The notes under the pieces are model-generated. The model had not been told where the DNA came from. It saw only the letters and a list, made by a program, of their open reading frames with translations, and did no database searches. From Bdellovibrionales bacterium (GTDB taxonomy: Bacteria; Bdellovibrionota; Bdellovibrionia; Bdellovibrionales; UBA1609), in the NCBI GenBank assembly GCA_027317865.1, contig DAHVQG010000003.1, forward strand, positions 148,207 to 212,206: a DNA stretch of 64,000 nucleotides, written 5' to 3'. The translations under genes and the position numbers were made by a program. Position 1 is the first letter of the stretch; the number at the start of each line of letters is the position of its first letter. Shown in pieces: positions 44,093 through 52,801 of the stretch.

Positions 44093-45363
44093 CAACAGTC
44101 AGCGACTCGCGTTCTAAAGAAACTATTTATAGCGCAATCAATTGGCCACTTGTTGTCACCGCCTACGCCACCATGTTTTGCTTAGGTACGCTTGATAATA
44201 TTCGCGGGCCGTTTTTTCCGGATGTAACGCGGGACCTTCATCTCACAAATTTCCAAGCGGCGTTTTTTTACGCCGTCGTTAGCGGGATGGCCTTCGTTTC
44301 AGGCGCGGTGGTCGCGAAATCGGTTCAACGGTTCGGGCAACTCCCGGTTTTAAGAATTGGGCAAATCACAATGGCCGTCGGGTTTGCTATTTTGTCGCGG
44401 GTTGAAACCTTTTGGCAAATGATTGGCGCTTGTATCGTATTTGGTTTGGGTTTTGGAGTTCTAAATGTCGCGCAAAACTTATTAATTCTAAATGCGACGT
44501 CGACAATTGGCCCTGACAACGGTGTCTATGGGCCGCGTCGGCGTCTCTTGTCCGGACTCCATTCGATGTATGCATTTGCCTCAATTGTTGCCCCGTTGGT
44601 GGCGGCGTACTTTTTTCGCATTGGCGGGAACTGGCGCGAAGTCTTTTTGATTGCGGCAGTATTTGTATTGTCATCCTTTTTTATCAGCTTCTGGCCATCG
44701 AATACGCGAACAACGGCATCAGAGGCCGCGGGCTGCGCGTCGACGTCAGAGCCGGCAAAGTCGGCTAAATTACCGGTTGGCCGATTGTGGTTAGTGGCTT
44801 GCATGTTGTCGTTTTACTCACTCGCCGAGCTAACAGTTTCATCGCGTCTGGCGCTTTATTTACGTCATGGCTTTGGCTACAAACCCGCCGTAGCCGCAGA
44901 GGATGTCGCGCTTTTTTATTCATTCTTGCTCATCGGCCGCCTGATTTTTTTCTTTTTTCACTTTCGCTGGAGCACGCGTTCAATCATCGGGTGGGCACTC
45001 GTAGGTACGATTGCTTTTTTTCTAATTGGGTTGTCTTGGCGGCCCGACATTTTGGTTTTGTGCGGGTTATTTATGGCTCCCGTGTTCTGCTTGGGGATTG
45101 ATTATATCGCCGAATTGTTCCCCGAAAACCCGAGCGTTGCGGTGAACAATTGCATTGCAATAAGCTGTCTGTTCATCGTGTTGATGCATATTTTACTTGG
45201 GATTTTAACCGATCAATATGGAATCGCACGCGCGTTTACAGTCGCACCGGTTTTTGCGGGGTTGTCACTTTTGTTCTTGTGGTTGAGCGCGGTAGAGACT
45301 GACAAGTCTTGGAAATTAGGCCGCCCGTGGCAACGGACCGACGCCTCAGTGACAAAGATTTGA
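44089..45363 (+). CDS. MFS transporter
   Basis: ATG 44089 overlaps the mutM stop (ATGA). The protein has about 12 hydrophobic helices. Confidence 0.8.
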   Translation: MTTVSDSRSKETIYSAINWPLVVTAYATMFCLGTLDNIRGPFFPDVTRDLHLTNFQAAFFYAVVSGMAFVSGAVVAKSVQRFGQLPVLRIGQITMAVGFAILSRVETFWQMIGACIVFGLGFGVLNVAQNLLILNATSTIGPDNGVYGPRRRLLSGLHSMYAFASIVAPLVAAYFFRIGGNWREVFLIAAVFVLSSFFISFWPSNTRTTASEAAGCASTSEPAKSAKLPVGRLWLVACMLSFYSLAELTVSSRLALYLRHGFGYKPAVAAEDVALFYSFLLIGRLIFFFFHFRWSTRSIIGWALVGTIAFFLIGLSWRPDILVLCGLFMAPVFCLGIDYIAELFPENPSVAVNNCIAISCLFIVLMHILLGILTDQYGIARAFTVAPVFAGLSLLFLWLSAVETDKSWKLGRPWQRTDASVTKI

Positions 45364-45585
45364 CTAATGCATTTTATGGTTTTTAACCCGAGTTTTGATT
45401 TGGCAAACCGGGCACGCAGCTTCTTCGCGAAGATAGTAGTCATCGAGATATGTTTCGACCCGGATTTGCAAAGCTGAACCGCAGAGTGCGCACTGGTTTT
45501 GCGTCTCAACGAATAGTCGTTCCTGTGCCGTTAACGGTTTCATGACTCCGTCGCGCTTCGCGTTTGGTCGTTGGTGTTGATCCAT
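45364..45585 (-). CDS. Small zinc-ribbon protein, unknown function
   Basis: ATG 45585 is preceded by GGAGGG. It has two CxxC pairs (CALCGSAL ... CPVCQIK). Its stop abuts the MFS gene stop. Confidence 0.45.
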   Translation of the reverse strand: MDQHQRPNAKRDGVMKPLTAQERLFVETQNQCALCGSALQIRVETYLDDYYLREEAACPVCQIKTRVKNHKMH

Positions 45586-45683
45586 CGTGTGTCCCTCCAA
45601 GTTGCGGCGAAATGTGACCTCAATTCACATGTGCATGCAAAATTGGTACTCGGGACAATAGGCCGGATTCTGTCGAATGCGGC

Positions 45684-46313
45684 CTAGACGTTGCGGGCGG
45701 CGTAGTATTCTGTGAACAAACCAGCATCGAAGTTAAATGGCACGTGTTCTGTACTCGGCACATTTTGCACAATTCCAACTTCTTTGCCGTTTTGTTCTTC
45801 TTTGCGCAAGAAATCAGCCACTTCAAGACGCGGTGACTGTTTGGCGCGTAAATAAATTTGATTTTGAAAACCTTTGTCTGAGAGTGTGACTTGGTCTCCG
45901 ACTTCTAAAACGTAAGAGCCGATATCGACTTTTTTGCCGTTCACTCGTACGTGGCCGTGCGAAGCAAGTTGTCGTGCCGCGCGGATACTCGGAGCAAAAC
46001 CTAAGCGGAATACGACGTTGTCGAGACGGCGCTCTAACAGACCCATGAGTTTTGCTGTCCAGTTTGTGCCTTTGCCTGTTTTTGCATGACGAATAAATCG
46101 GCGCAACTGTTCTTCGCGCAGTTCATAATGTTGGCGAATTTTTTGTTTTTCTTCTAAGCGCAAAGCATAATCAGAAAACTTGCGGCGTTTGTTGCCGTTC
46201 TGACCGGGTGGATAGGGGCGCCGTTCAAGCGCGCCAGCTTTACCAAGTCCGGGGAGTTCGACTCCTAATCGACGTTGAATCCGAAATCGTGCCACTTTGC
46301 CCGTTTTGCTCAT
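45684..46313 (-). CDS. rpsD: 30S ribosomal protein S4
   Basis: In the 209-aa ORF, RLDNVVFRLGFAPSIRAARQLASHGHVRVNGKKVDIGSYVL is the canonical S4 domain. Confidence 0.95.
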   Translation of the reverse strand: MSKTGKVARFRIQRRLGVELPGLGKAGALERRPYPPGQNGNKRRKFSDYALRLEEKQKIRQHYELREEQLRRFIRHAKTGKGTNWTAKLMGLLERRLDNVVFRLGFAPSIRAARQLASHGHVRVNGKKVDIGSYVLEVGDQVTLSDKGFQNQIYLRAKQSPRLEVADFLRKEEQNGKEVGIVQNVPSTEHVPFNFDAGLFTEYYAARNV

Positions 46314-46385
46314 CCGTAGTTACCTCATATTGAACAGTAGAATAAGACGGCAGATATACCGGGCTTTGGGGGCCTACGCAAGCGT

Positions 46386-47864
46386 TTAATGCAATTGCTG
46401 TTGGAGGATTGGCGCTGAGGTCGGCTTAGGGATCGTAATGGTTTGGGTGTGCAGATAATTTTGGAGGTCATCGCTGAACGACGTGAGGTTGAAACCGGCC
46501 GCCATATTATCGCTAGCAGTTTCTCTCATGCCGGCGTTTTGGGCATGGCGACCGAGCGCAAACTGGCCGGGCCGTAAATTTGCGGTATTTTGCGCAATTG
46601 TGCCAGTAACCGAGACGCCAAACCCTAAAATCGAAAGAGCCCGGTAAGCGTTGAGACGTTTTTCGTAGCGGGTTTTACCTGCGAGACGAATCGGATCGAG
46701 GTCCCCAGTCTGCGTTATCTGTGCGATTAGTCGAGCGGCATCGAAATCCGGATATTCAGCTTTAAGTAGGGCGGCAACCCCGCTGACGACGGCAGTAGCT
46801 TGCGATGTTCCTGTCAGATAGCCATAAAGGCCGCCGGGCAATGTCGAATAAACATTTTTACCGGGAGCTGCAATATCGACGGTGCGTGTCCCGTAATTGC
46901 TTGACTGTAAAACTTTGTCCCGACGGTTGTATGCCGTCACCGAGATAATGTTATCTAAACTGTAGTCGGCGGGGTAATAATGGTGAGTATCCGAATCGGA
47001 GTATTCGTTGCCGGCAGCGGCGACAAAGAGAATGCCTTTTTTGCGAGCTTCGGCGATGGCCGCGCGTTCAGGGGCACTGGGTTCGAGTCCGCCTCCCGAG
47101 AAATTGATGATGTCAGCGTCATGATCGATGCAATAATGGATGGATTTGATTTCGTTGAGTAAGTTATTGTCCATCGGGTAACGAGGATCGTAATATTTAG
47201 CAATGATGAGAGTGACGCGCGGTGAAACGCCGATGACTCCGCCAGCCGCACCAGTTGCTCCGATAATGCCGGCCACGTGGGTGCCGTGACCTTCGTGATC
47301 GCTAATGTCGCCGTTACCCGTGATAAGGTTACATCCGTGAACGTCGTCGACGCAGCCGTCTTTGTCGTCGTCGATTTGATTGGTGGCTTTGTTTTGGCCC
47401 GCAGAATCGAGACCGGTTTCGCCGGGGTTGGTCCAGAGGTTGGCTTTTAAATCGGGGTGGTTGACGTCAATGCCGGTATCGATCACGCACACTTTAACTT
47501 TGCGGCTCCCTAAAATGTGATGTTTTCGCCAAGCTTCGAAAGCATTTATACTTTTAAGGTCCCATTTTTTTTGCGCAAATTGTTTATCAAAGCTCCTGTC
47601 ATACAAAAGGGCGTCGAGTTGGCTCTTTTTCTCGGGCTTTTTGTAAACTGCTTTACCAAGTACAATATTACGTGAGATGTGGGAGGCGCGAATACTGGCA
47701 AGATCGGTCTGGCTGAGTTCAAAATTCTGTCGGTCGGGATTCATATTATGGTCGGCTAGCATTCGAAGCGATTTTAGCCGGTAAAGATTAAAACAAAGAA
47801 CAGCGGCAAGCGCGAACACGGCGATTATGAAGAAGGCTGTTTGTTGTTTATTTTTTCTTTTCAT
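46386..47864 (-). CDS. Exported subtilisin-like S8 serine peptidase
   Basis: The start is taken at ATG 47864 (MKRKNKQQTAFFIIAVFALAAVLCF), preceded by GAGGGA. The catalytic triad contexts are VIDTGID, HGTHVAGIIG and GTSQATAVVSG. Confidence 0.9.
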   Translation of the reverse strand: MKRKNKQQTAFFIIAVFALAAVLCFNLYRLKSLRMLADHNMNPDRQNFELSQTDLASIRASHISRNIVLGKAVYKKPEKKSQLDALLYDRSFDKQFAQKKWDLKSINAFEAWRKHHILGSRKVKVCVIDTGIDVNHPDLKANLWTNPGETGLDSAGQNKATNQIDDDKDGCVDDVHGCNLITGNGDISDHEGHGTHVAGIIGATGAAGGVIGVSPRVTLIIAKYYDPRYPMDNNLLNEIKSIHYCIDHDADIINFSGGGLEPSAPERAAIAEARKKGILFVAAAGNEYSDSDTHHYYPADYSLDNIISVTAYNRRDKVLQSSNYGTRTVDIAAPGKNVYSTLPGGLYGYLTGTSQATAVVSGVAALLKAEYPDFDAARLIAQITQTGDLDPIRLAGKTRYEKRLNAYRALSILGFGVSVTGTIAQNTANLRPGQFALGRHAQNAGMRETASDNMAAGFNLTSFSDDLQNYLHTQTITIPKPTSAPILQQQLH

Positions 47865-47969
47865 ATAATCCCTCGATCTGTAGTAAAAGACATCTCGCAG
47901 TTGAACGCTCAATAGATAGTAAGAGCAATTGCGGTGCCGTCCCCGTGCGCGTACAAGTATTCGTAATCA

Positions 47970-49256
47970 TTGAATTATCGACTTGAGACGCGCGCAATTC
48001 GCGTTCATGATATAGTGAACTGTCAACTTTTTAGACAGAGGTACATCATTCGCCGCGTTCGCATTCGCATTATTGGTATTACCCTATTTTTTCTTGTGGG
48101 TTACACGGTTATAAAAGCAGTCGAAATTCTGCCGTCACAGCCGTGGCTCGCGGTGGCGCTTGCACTCGGAATCTTCGTGCTCATAATCGGTTGGCAGTGG
48201 ATCAGTCACCACCCACAATGGAACGTCAACGATAAAATTTGGTATCGAGTGCTGGCGTGGTGCGCTTCAGAGGTCATGTCGTTTTGGTCCATATTTATTC
48301 CGCTTTCGTTTGTAACAGATTTAATTTATCTTTTCGTGCGGACAGGCTTACTCGAGGCACACGCGCGACCTTTGCCATTTTCGATGCGCAGCCTCGAATT
48401 TTTTATGTTGACGGTCACTGCGGTGATGACGATTGCCGGATATATCATCGCGCTGGCCGGCCCGAAGGTGCGCGATGTGACGGTGCCGATTGAAGGGCTG
48501 CCGGCCGACCTAAATGGTTTAAAAATCGCCCAGATCAGCGATTTGCATGTCGGCTCAACGATTCGCCGCCGTTACGTTGAGCGCGTGGTCGCCAGAGCCA
48601 ACGCCGTGCAAGCCGATTTGGTGACGGTCACGGGGGACCTTCTGGACGGCTGGGCGGAGCGGTTAACAGAGCATCTTAACCCACTATCCGGATTACAATC
48701 GCGCCACGGCGTCTACTACGTTACAGGCAACCACGAATATTATTGGGACGCTCACCAAACGATCGACAAAATAAAGCAATTTGGTTTTGTCCCGCTTATA
48801 AACGAAAGCGTGCCGTTAAAAATCGGCGAGACGCACGTTTTAGTCAGCGGTATTACTGATCCGGCCGGACGAATGCTATCTGAAGATCACGTCCCGGATG
48901 TCGCGCGGGCCGCGCGCATGGTAGGGGCGGCGCAAGCAGCGCATTTGAACTCAGACTTGCATCAGGGCGCGGACGTTGTAAAACCCCTTTTGCGCGTGCT
49001 TCTGTCGCATCGACCTGACGTTTATCGCGAAGCCGAGGAGCATGGATTTCATCTGCAGTTATCAGGGCACACGCACGGCGGCCAATATTTTCCGTACAAT
49101 TTGATGATGCGATTTTTTCATAAATTTCATCGCGGACTTCATCAATACGGTCGGCTTGCCATCTACGTCAACCCGGGGAGTGGTTACTGGGCCCCGGCAA
49201 ACCGTTTAGGCGTTCCGGCAGAGATTAGCGTTCTTACGTTGGTTTCGCCCGTATAG
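47970..49256 (+). CDS. Membrane-anchored calcineurin-like metallophosphoesterase
   Basis: The N-terminus has several TM helices. The motifs are QISDLHVG, TGDLLDG, GNHEY and SGHTHGGQ. The track's TTG start is uncertain. Confidence 0.8.
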   Translation: MNYRLETRAIRVHDIVNCQLFRQRYIIRRVRIRIIGITLFFLVGYTVIKAVEILPSQPWLAVALALGIFVLIIGWQWISHHPQWNVNDKIWYRVLAWCASEVMSFWSIFIPLSFVTDLIYLFVRTGLLEAHARPLPFSMRSLEFFMLTVTAVMTIAGYIIALAGPKVRDVTVPIEGLPADLNGLKIAQISDLHVGSTIRRRYVERVVARANAVQADLVTVTGDLLDGWAERLTEHLNPLSGLQSRHGVYYVTGNHEYYWDAHQTIDKIKQFGFVPLINESVPLKIGETHVLVSGITDPAGRMLSEDHVPDVARAARMVGAAQAAHLNSDLHQGADVVKPLLRVLLSHRPDVYREAEEHGFHLQLSGHTHGGQYFPYNLMMRFFHKFHRGLHQYGRLAIYVNPGSGYWAPANRLGVPAEISVLTLVSPV

Positions 49257-49515
49257 CAAAGTGTTACTTAAAAAGTGACGGGTGGCCGTCTCAAATTGAT
49301 CGATTGCGCCGCTCCAAATTGATGCAATTTAAATTAAATTTTGTTTAGATCAAAAGTTTTTAAACGGTTATATAATTTTAAAATTGCGCTTCAAAATAAG
49401 ACGCTTCATTACGCCGGCGCGCGAATATTCGAGCTGAGCTCGATCTTTGTCTCGTATTTAAACATAAAATGTTTCAAATTAAAACACTTAAGGATTGGGC
49501 GATGTTCCGGAACTG

Positions 49516-49564
49516 GCTTATGGTCCCGTCGATTTGTGAATTGGGGGGTTGATCCGCTTATGGT
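49516..49564 (+). promoter_or_regulatory. Pair of 9-bp direct repeats (GCTTATGGT) spaced exactly 40 bp apart; possible activator sites upstream of the pilin gene
   Basis: GCTTATGGT occurs at 49516-49524 and 49556-49564. The repeats lie 60-110 bp upstream of the sigma-54-like element at 49623. Confidence 0.25.
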
Positions 49565-49622
49565 TTTTGTTAAAATTTTCTATTGAAGATGTAGGAGTTG
49601 GAACCGCAATGAAGCTATGAGA

Positions 49623-49637
49623 TGGCGCTCGCTTTGT
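49623..49637 (+). promoter_or_regulatory. Weak sigma-54-like -24/-12 element upstream of the pilin gene
   Basis: The sequence is TGGCGC-N5-TTGT, against the consensus TGGCAC-N5-TTGC. The GG to G spacing is correct, but the -12 element is GT instead of GC. It lies about 140 nt upstream of ATG 49776. Confidence 0.25.
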
Positions 49638-49775
49638 GGAGCGTTCTTGAATCGGGGCGCTGTAGTAATAGCTAAAATGTTCCGATAGTTTAAAAGAATG
49701 CAGTAAGGATAGAAACTGCGGCTTCGAGCCGCGAAACGACAAACCAAGTACACATTGTACGTTCAGGGGGAAATA

Positions 49776-50429
49776 ATGAAGAAACCAAATACCCGGACAT
49801 TAAACTCCGGTTTCTCACTTATCGAGTTGATGGTCGTCGTGGCCATCATCGGGATTCTCGCGGCTATCGCGATCCCAAACTATCAAAAATTTGAGCGTCG
49901 CGCCCGCGCCTCGGAGGGTAAAGAGCTCTTGTCTTCGCTTTACAACGATGAAAAATCAGCCTACGCCTCATATGAAGGCTACACGACAAATTTTGTTGTG
50001 ATGGGCTTTCAACCCACGGGCAACCACATTCAGACTGAGGTCGGTTTTAAAGCAGCGTGTGCTGGACCGACAGCCGCACCTGGTCCGTCGTGCGAGCCGT
50101 TTAGCATGTACACCGGGGGTATTAATGCAATGGCATATACAAATGCCACCACCTCTGGCGCTCCGACCTATGGTGTGCCCGAAGCTAACGCTTATGATTT
50201 AGCCCAATACTGCACCTCGAGCGGAAAGTGCTCCATGGACCCTGCAGCGAGCCAGGCAATTGCGTCAACCTTGGCAGATTCCGTGGATCCGGCTAACACT
50301 GATACGGCTGGCGCCGCATCGTATACGTTTACAGCAGAATCTGTTACAGATTGTGGTTCAAGTACGCCAGATAGATGGACAGTTGACCAAGACAAGACCT
50401 GGACACAGAAATCTGACTGTACGATGTAG
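49776..50429 (+). CDS. pilA: Type IV pilin (prepilin with N-terminal methylation motif)
   Basis: The N-terminus is MKKPNTRTLNSG/FSLIELMVVVAIIGILAAIAIPNYQKF, with a class III signal and Glu5. A GGGGGA SD precedes it. The protein is 217 aa with six Cys in the globular part. Confidence 0.9.
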   Translation: MKKPNTRTLNSGFSLIELMVVVAIIGILAAIAIPNYQKFERRARASEGKELLSSLYNDEKSAYASYEGYTTNFVVMGFQPTGNHIQTEVGFKAACAGPTAAPGPSCEPFSMYTGGINAMAYTNATTSGAPTYGVPEANAYDLAQYCTSSGKCSMDPAASQAIASTLADSVDPANTDTAGAASYTFTAESVTDCGSSTPDRWTVDQDKTWTQKSDCTM

Positions 50430-50460
50430 AGTGAACATGACCGAATTGTGTGAGATCATT

Positions 50461-50495
50461 GCGGAGGAGCATTTGTTCCTCCGCTTTTTTATTTT
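50461..50495 (+). terminator. Strong rho-independent terminator after the pilin gene
   Basis: GCGGAGGA (50461-50468) and TCCTCCGC (50477-50484) form an 8-bp perfect stem with an 8-nt loop. TTTTTTATTTT follows, ending immediately before the next ATG (50496). Confidence 0.8.
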
Positions 50496-51269
50496 ATGAA
50501 GTCTACTATGAAATTGGTTTTGATCTTAATTTTTGCTGTCGGGGCTATCGGCGTCTCGGCGCATAAAGTTGTTCCTGGAAGTCACCACAAAGAGATCCTA
50601 TTTGCAATGCCTGCGACAGCTAAATATTTCACATTTGGTTATAACGATGTGATTGCTGACGCGGCCTGGATTCGCGCCTTGCAGAGTATTGGTGCCTGTG
50701 GTGAGCATCGTCGCGACGTCACGAAAGGAGTTCACATTGGTCCTAACCGAGTCGCTCGGTGCCACGATGGTTGGTCCTACCGGATGTTGGATCTAGTGAT
50801 GACGCTCGCTCCACGCTGGCGCTTGCCGCAACGGGTGGGGCCGATGCTTTTGAGCATTTTCGTAGACGATCGCGACGGTGCAACGAAATTGTTTAATAAG
50901 GCGGTCAATAATTTTCCGAATGATTGGCGAATTTTGACTCGTGCGGGATATCATTATTTGTACGAAGATCACGATTACATGAAAGCGGCGATGGTCTACA
51001 ATAGAGCCGCCAAGCAACCTGGTGCGCCTCAATGGTGCCGATATCTCGCGGCTAAATTGTACCAAGAAAATGGTCGCTTGCACGTTGCCAAGCTTGTACT
51101 TGAGAATTTTTTGAAATCCCCTGGTATTAGTAAATTCGGTCTTGAGATGGCAAAAAAGCGATTAGAGGACATTAACAAACAGTTGGCTGCGCTCCAATTA
51201 AAACATGAATTCGAAGAGCCGGCCCCTAAGCATCCTGTTTTCCCTACGCACGACCGCATATTGAAGTAA
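50496..51269 (+). CDS. Exported helical-repeat (TPR-like) protein downstream of the pilin
   Basis: The 257-aa ORF has the signal MKLVLILIFAVGAIGVSA. The C-terminal half is helical and repeat-like (RILTRAGYHYLYEDHDYMKAAMVYNRAA...). No SD is visible, because the terminator occupies that position. Confidence 0.5.
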   Translation: MKSTMKLVLILIFAVGAIGVSAHKVVPGSHHKEILFAMPATAKYFTFGYNDVIADAAWIRALQSIGACGEHRRDVTKGVHIGPNRVARCHDGWSYRMLDLVMTLAPRWRLPQRVGPMLLSIFVDDRDGATKLFNKAVNNFPNDWRILTRAGYHYLYEDHDYMKAAMVYNRAAKQPGAPQWCRYLAAKLYQENGRLHVAKLVLENFLKSPGISKFGLEMAKKRLEDINKQLAALQLKHEFEEPAPKHPVFPTHDRILK

Positions 51270-51469
51270 TACTGTGATTCAGCGGGCGCTTGCCGGTTTT
51301 TAAAATATAAATTAGGTGGTGGCCGGGCGCGATTGACTGGGTTGTTACTATTACTTAAGTCTTTCAAGAAAAATTTTTGGGTGGATGAGAGATAGTCTTG
51401 CGGCGGCGATTTATTCGCGTCCAATTACGTGAGCGTCAAAGGGAACTTACGCCCAGCATTGGACATCGA

Positions 51470-51499
51470 CTTGACAGCTCCCGAACCGCCTCCACTATA
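51470..51499 (+). promoter_or_regulatory. Heat-shock (sigma-32-like) or sigma-70 promoter candidate for dnaJ
   Basis: CTTGACA (51470-51476), a 13-nt spacer and CTCCACTATA (51490-51499) compare with the sigma-32 consensus CTTGAAA-N13-14-CCCCATNT. The -10 match is partial. Confidence 0.3.
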
Positions 51500-51551
51500 A
51501 CTGTAGCTTTAAAGCCGTTCAACCAGACGATTTTTTACATCCGGGGCCTCA

Positions 51552-52670
51552 ATGCGAGATTATTACGAAGTGCTCGGTGTTTCGCGCACCGCTGACAAAG
51601 ACGCCATCAAAAAGGCCTATCGCCAATTGGCGATGAAATACCACCCCGATCGCAACCCTGGCGACAAAGCTGCCGAAGACAAATTTAAAGAAGCCGCAGA
51701 AGCTTACGACGTGCTCTCACATGATGAAAAGCGCTCTCAGTATGATCGTTTTGGCCACGCCGGCATGAATGGCTTTGGTGGGTTCGGCGGTGGCCCGCAA
51801 GGCTTTCATGACATCAATGATATTTTCAGCGCGTTTGGCGATATTTTTTCAGATTTGTTTGGTCCTGGAATGGGCGGTATGGGCCAGCGAGGTCGTAGCC
51901 GGTCACGAGCACGGCGTGGATCAGACCTCCGCTATCGGCTTGAAGTTGAATTGAAAGATGTCATTTCCGGCACTCAACGAGAAATTCAATTTGAAACAGA
52001 TGACTCGTGCAAAACTTGTTCGGGTTCGGGCGCCAAACCAGGAACTTCACCCACGACCTGTCTGACGTGTGGGGGTAGTGGTCAAGTCGTTCGTCAGCAA
52101 GGTTTTTTTGCAATGTCGACAACTTGCCCCACCTGTCGAGGCGAGGGCGTTATGATTAAAGAGATGTGCCCGGACTGCAGGGGCCGTGGCCGCAAACCGG
52201 TCCATCGAAAGCTTAGTATTCAGGTCCCCGCAGGCGTTGAAACCGGTACCCAGCTTCGGCTTTCAGGTGAAGGCGAGGCGGGTTATCAAGGTGGCCCAAG
52301 TGGTGACCTTTATGTACAACTGTTGGTCAAAGATGACCCGCGGTTTGAGCGTGACGGGCAGACGTTACACGGCGAAATACATATATCTTATTTGCAAGCG
52401 CTTCTCGGAACTGAAGTTGAAGTCGAAACGGTTACTGGCCGTACAAAACTCGAAGTGCGGCCCGGAAGTCACGATGGGAGCGAAGTGCGGCTTCATAACG
52501 AAGGTGTTCCTGCCATTCGGGGTGGCCGGCGTGGTGACCTTGTGTACCATTTAAAGGTTGAATTCCCCAAGAAATTGACCAAAAAAGAAGAGGAGCTATT
52601 GCGCGAAATTGCGAATGAGACCGGAGTTGAGGTAATGGCGCCTGCGGGTTTTTTTGGCCGGCGGAAATAA
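51552..52670 (+). CDS. dnaJ: Molecular chaperone DnaJ (type I)
   Basis: It has a J-domain (DYYEVLGV...YHPDRNPGD), a G/F region and four CxxCxGxG repeats ([32 protein letters not shown]). Confidence 0.96.
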   Translation: MRDYYEVLGVSRTADKDAIKKAYRQLAMKYHPDRNPGDKAAEDKFKEAAEAYDVLSHDEKRSQYDRFGHAGMNGFGGFGGGPQGFHDINDIFSAFGDIFSDLFGPGMGGMGQRGRSRSRARRGSDLRYRLEVELKDVISGTQREIQFETDDSCKTCSGSGAKPGTSPTTCLTCGGSGQVVRQQGFFAMSTTCPTCRGEGVMIKEMCPDCRGRGRKPVHRKLSIQVPAGVETGTQLRLSGEGEAGYQGGPSGDLYVQLLVKDDPRFERDGQTLHGEIHISYLQALLGTEVEVETVTGRTKLEVRPGSHDGSEVRLHNEGVPAIRGGRRGDLVYHLKVEFPKKLTKKEEELLREIANETGVEVMAPAGFFGRRK

Positions 52671-52721
52671 AACTGAAAATGCGGCCCGTTAGTCGGCTGA
52701 AAAATGGTGGCCTTGACGATT

Positions 52722-52750
52722 TGCAAGGCGGCCCCAATGTATTATTGAGT
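52722..52750 (+). promoter_or_regulatory. Sigma-32-type heat-shock promoter candidate for dnaK
   Basis: CTTGACG (52722-52728), a 13-nt spacer and CCCCAATGT (52742-52750) compare with the consensus CTTGAAA-N13-14-CCCCATNT. The element lies about 50 nt upstream of the dnaK ATG. Confidence 0.5.
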
Positions 52751-52801
52751 AGAAAATGTTGAGAGATCTATGCGATTTAAACGAAAGAGGAGACATTTGA
52801 A

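Noticed and set aside
49341-49742. Two mutually overlapping ORFs (81 aa plus strand, 74 aa minus strand) lie in the pilin upstream region.
   Set aside because: They are AT-rich with no SD, overlap each other and have implausible composition. The region is better explained as regulatory or leader DNA.
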